A stretch of DNA of 9,611 nt from a virus (Duplodnaviria > Heunggongvirae > Uroviricota > Caudoviricetes): the IMG/VR virus record IMGVR_UViG_2693429529_000026; one strand, given 5' to 3'. A model generated the notes under the pieces. It saw only the letters and a list, made by a program, of their open reading frames with translations, did not search any database and had not been told where the DNA came from. Numbering within the stretch: position 1 is the stretch's first letter; the number at the start of each line of letters is the position of its first letter. Below, in pieces: positions 9,288 to 9,611 of the stretch. Both the position numbers and the translations under genes were made by a program.

Positions 9288-9611
9288 ATGCTTATTGGCT
9301 ATGTACGTGTGTCAACAAATGACCAGAACACAGATCTACAACGTAATGCGCTGAACTGTGCAGGATGCGAGCTGATTTTTGAAGACAAGATAAGCGGTAC
9401 AAAGTCCGAAAGGCCGGGACTGAAAAAACTGCTCAGGACATTATCGGCAGGCGATACGCTGGTGGTCTGGAAACTGGACCGACTGGGGCGCAGTATGCGG
9501 CATCTTGTCGTGCTGGTGGAGGAGTTGCGCGAACGAGGCATCAACTTTCGTAGTCTGACGGATTCAATTGATACCAGTACCCCAATGGGGCGCTTTTTCT
9601 TTCATGTGATG
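9288..9611 (+). CDS. pin: Pin-family DNA invertase, 5' portion (108 codons), runs off the window end
   Basis: ATG CTT ATT GGC TAT GTA CGT GTG TCA... = MLIGYVRVSTNDQ...; identical to the other pin copies. Confidence 0.9.
   Translation, partial: MLIGYVRVSTNDQNTDLQRNALNCAGCELIFEDKISGTKSERPGLKKLLRTLSAGDTLVVWKLDRLGRSMRHLVVLVEELRERGINFRSLTDSIDTSTPMGRFFFHVM

Noticed and set aside
8496-9354. ORFs 8496-8726 (plus), 8820-9038 (minus) and 9112-9354 (plus)
   Set aside because: Antisense or out of frame relative to tfa', cassette 2 and the pin start; no independent support.

Overview
The window opens with E. coli-type smpB (1-483) and the tmRNA gene ssrA (698-1060), a classic island integration hotspot. 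Downstream lie an AT-rich two-gene cassette I cannot assign to any family (1270-2697), a convergent small ORF (2782-2994), and an e14-like phage tail-fibre inversion module. That module comprises a Pin-family serine invertase (one full copy plus two partial copies), a constant tail-fibre N-terminus, two alternative C-terminal cassettes with their tfa chaperone genes, and hix/gix-like crossover sites. An IS3-family (IS911-like) element at 3758-5015 carries the A-AAA-AAG -1 frameshift motif and truncates a YmfQ-like tail gene. The N positions (3746-3756 and 6892) sit exactly at block junctions and the pin/cassette sequence occurs in mirror duplicate, so the scaffold probably captures both inversion states and its block order is uncertain. 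No CRISPR array, rRNA or tRNA was seen. Everything rests on reading the sequence and recalled family knowledge; no searches or computations were run.
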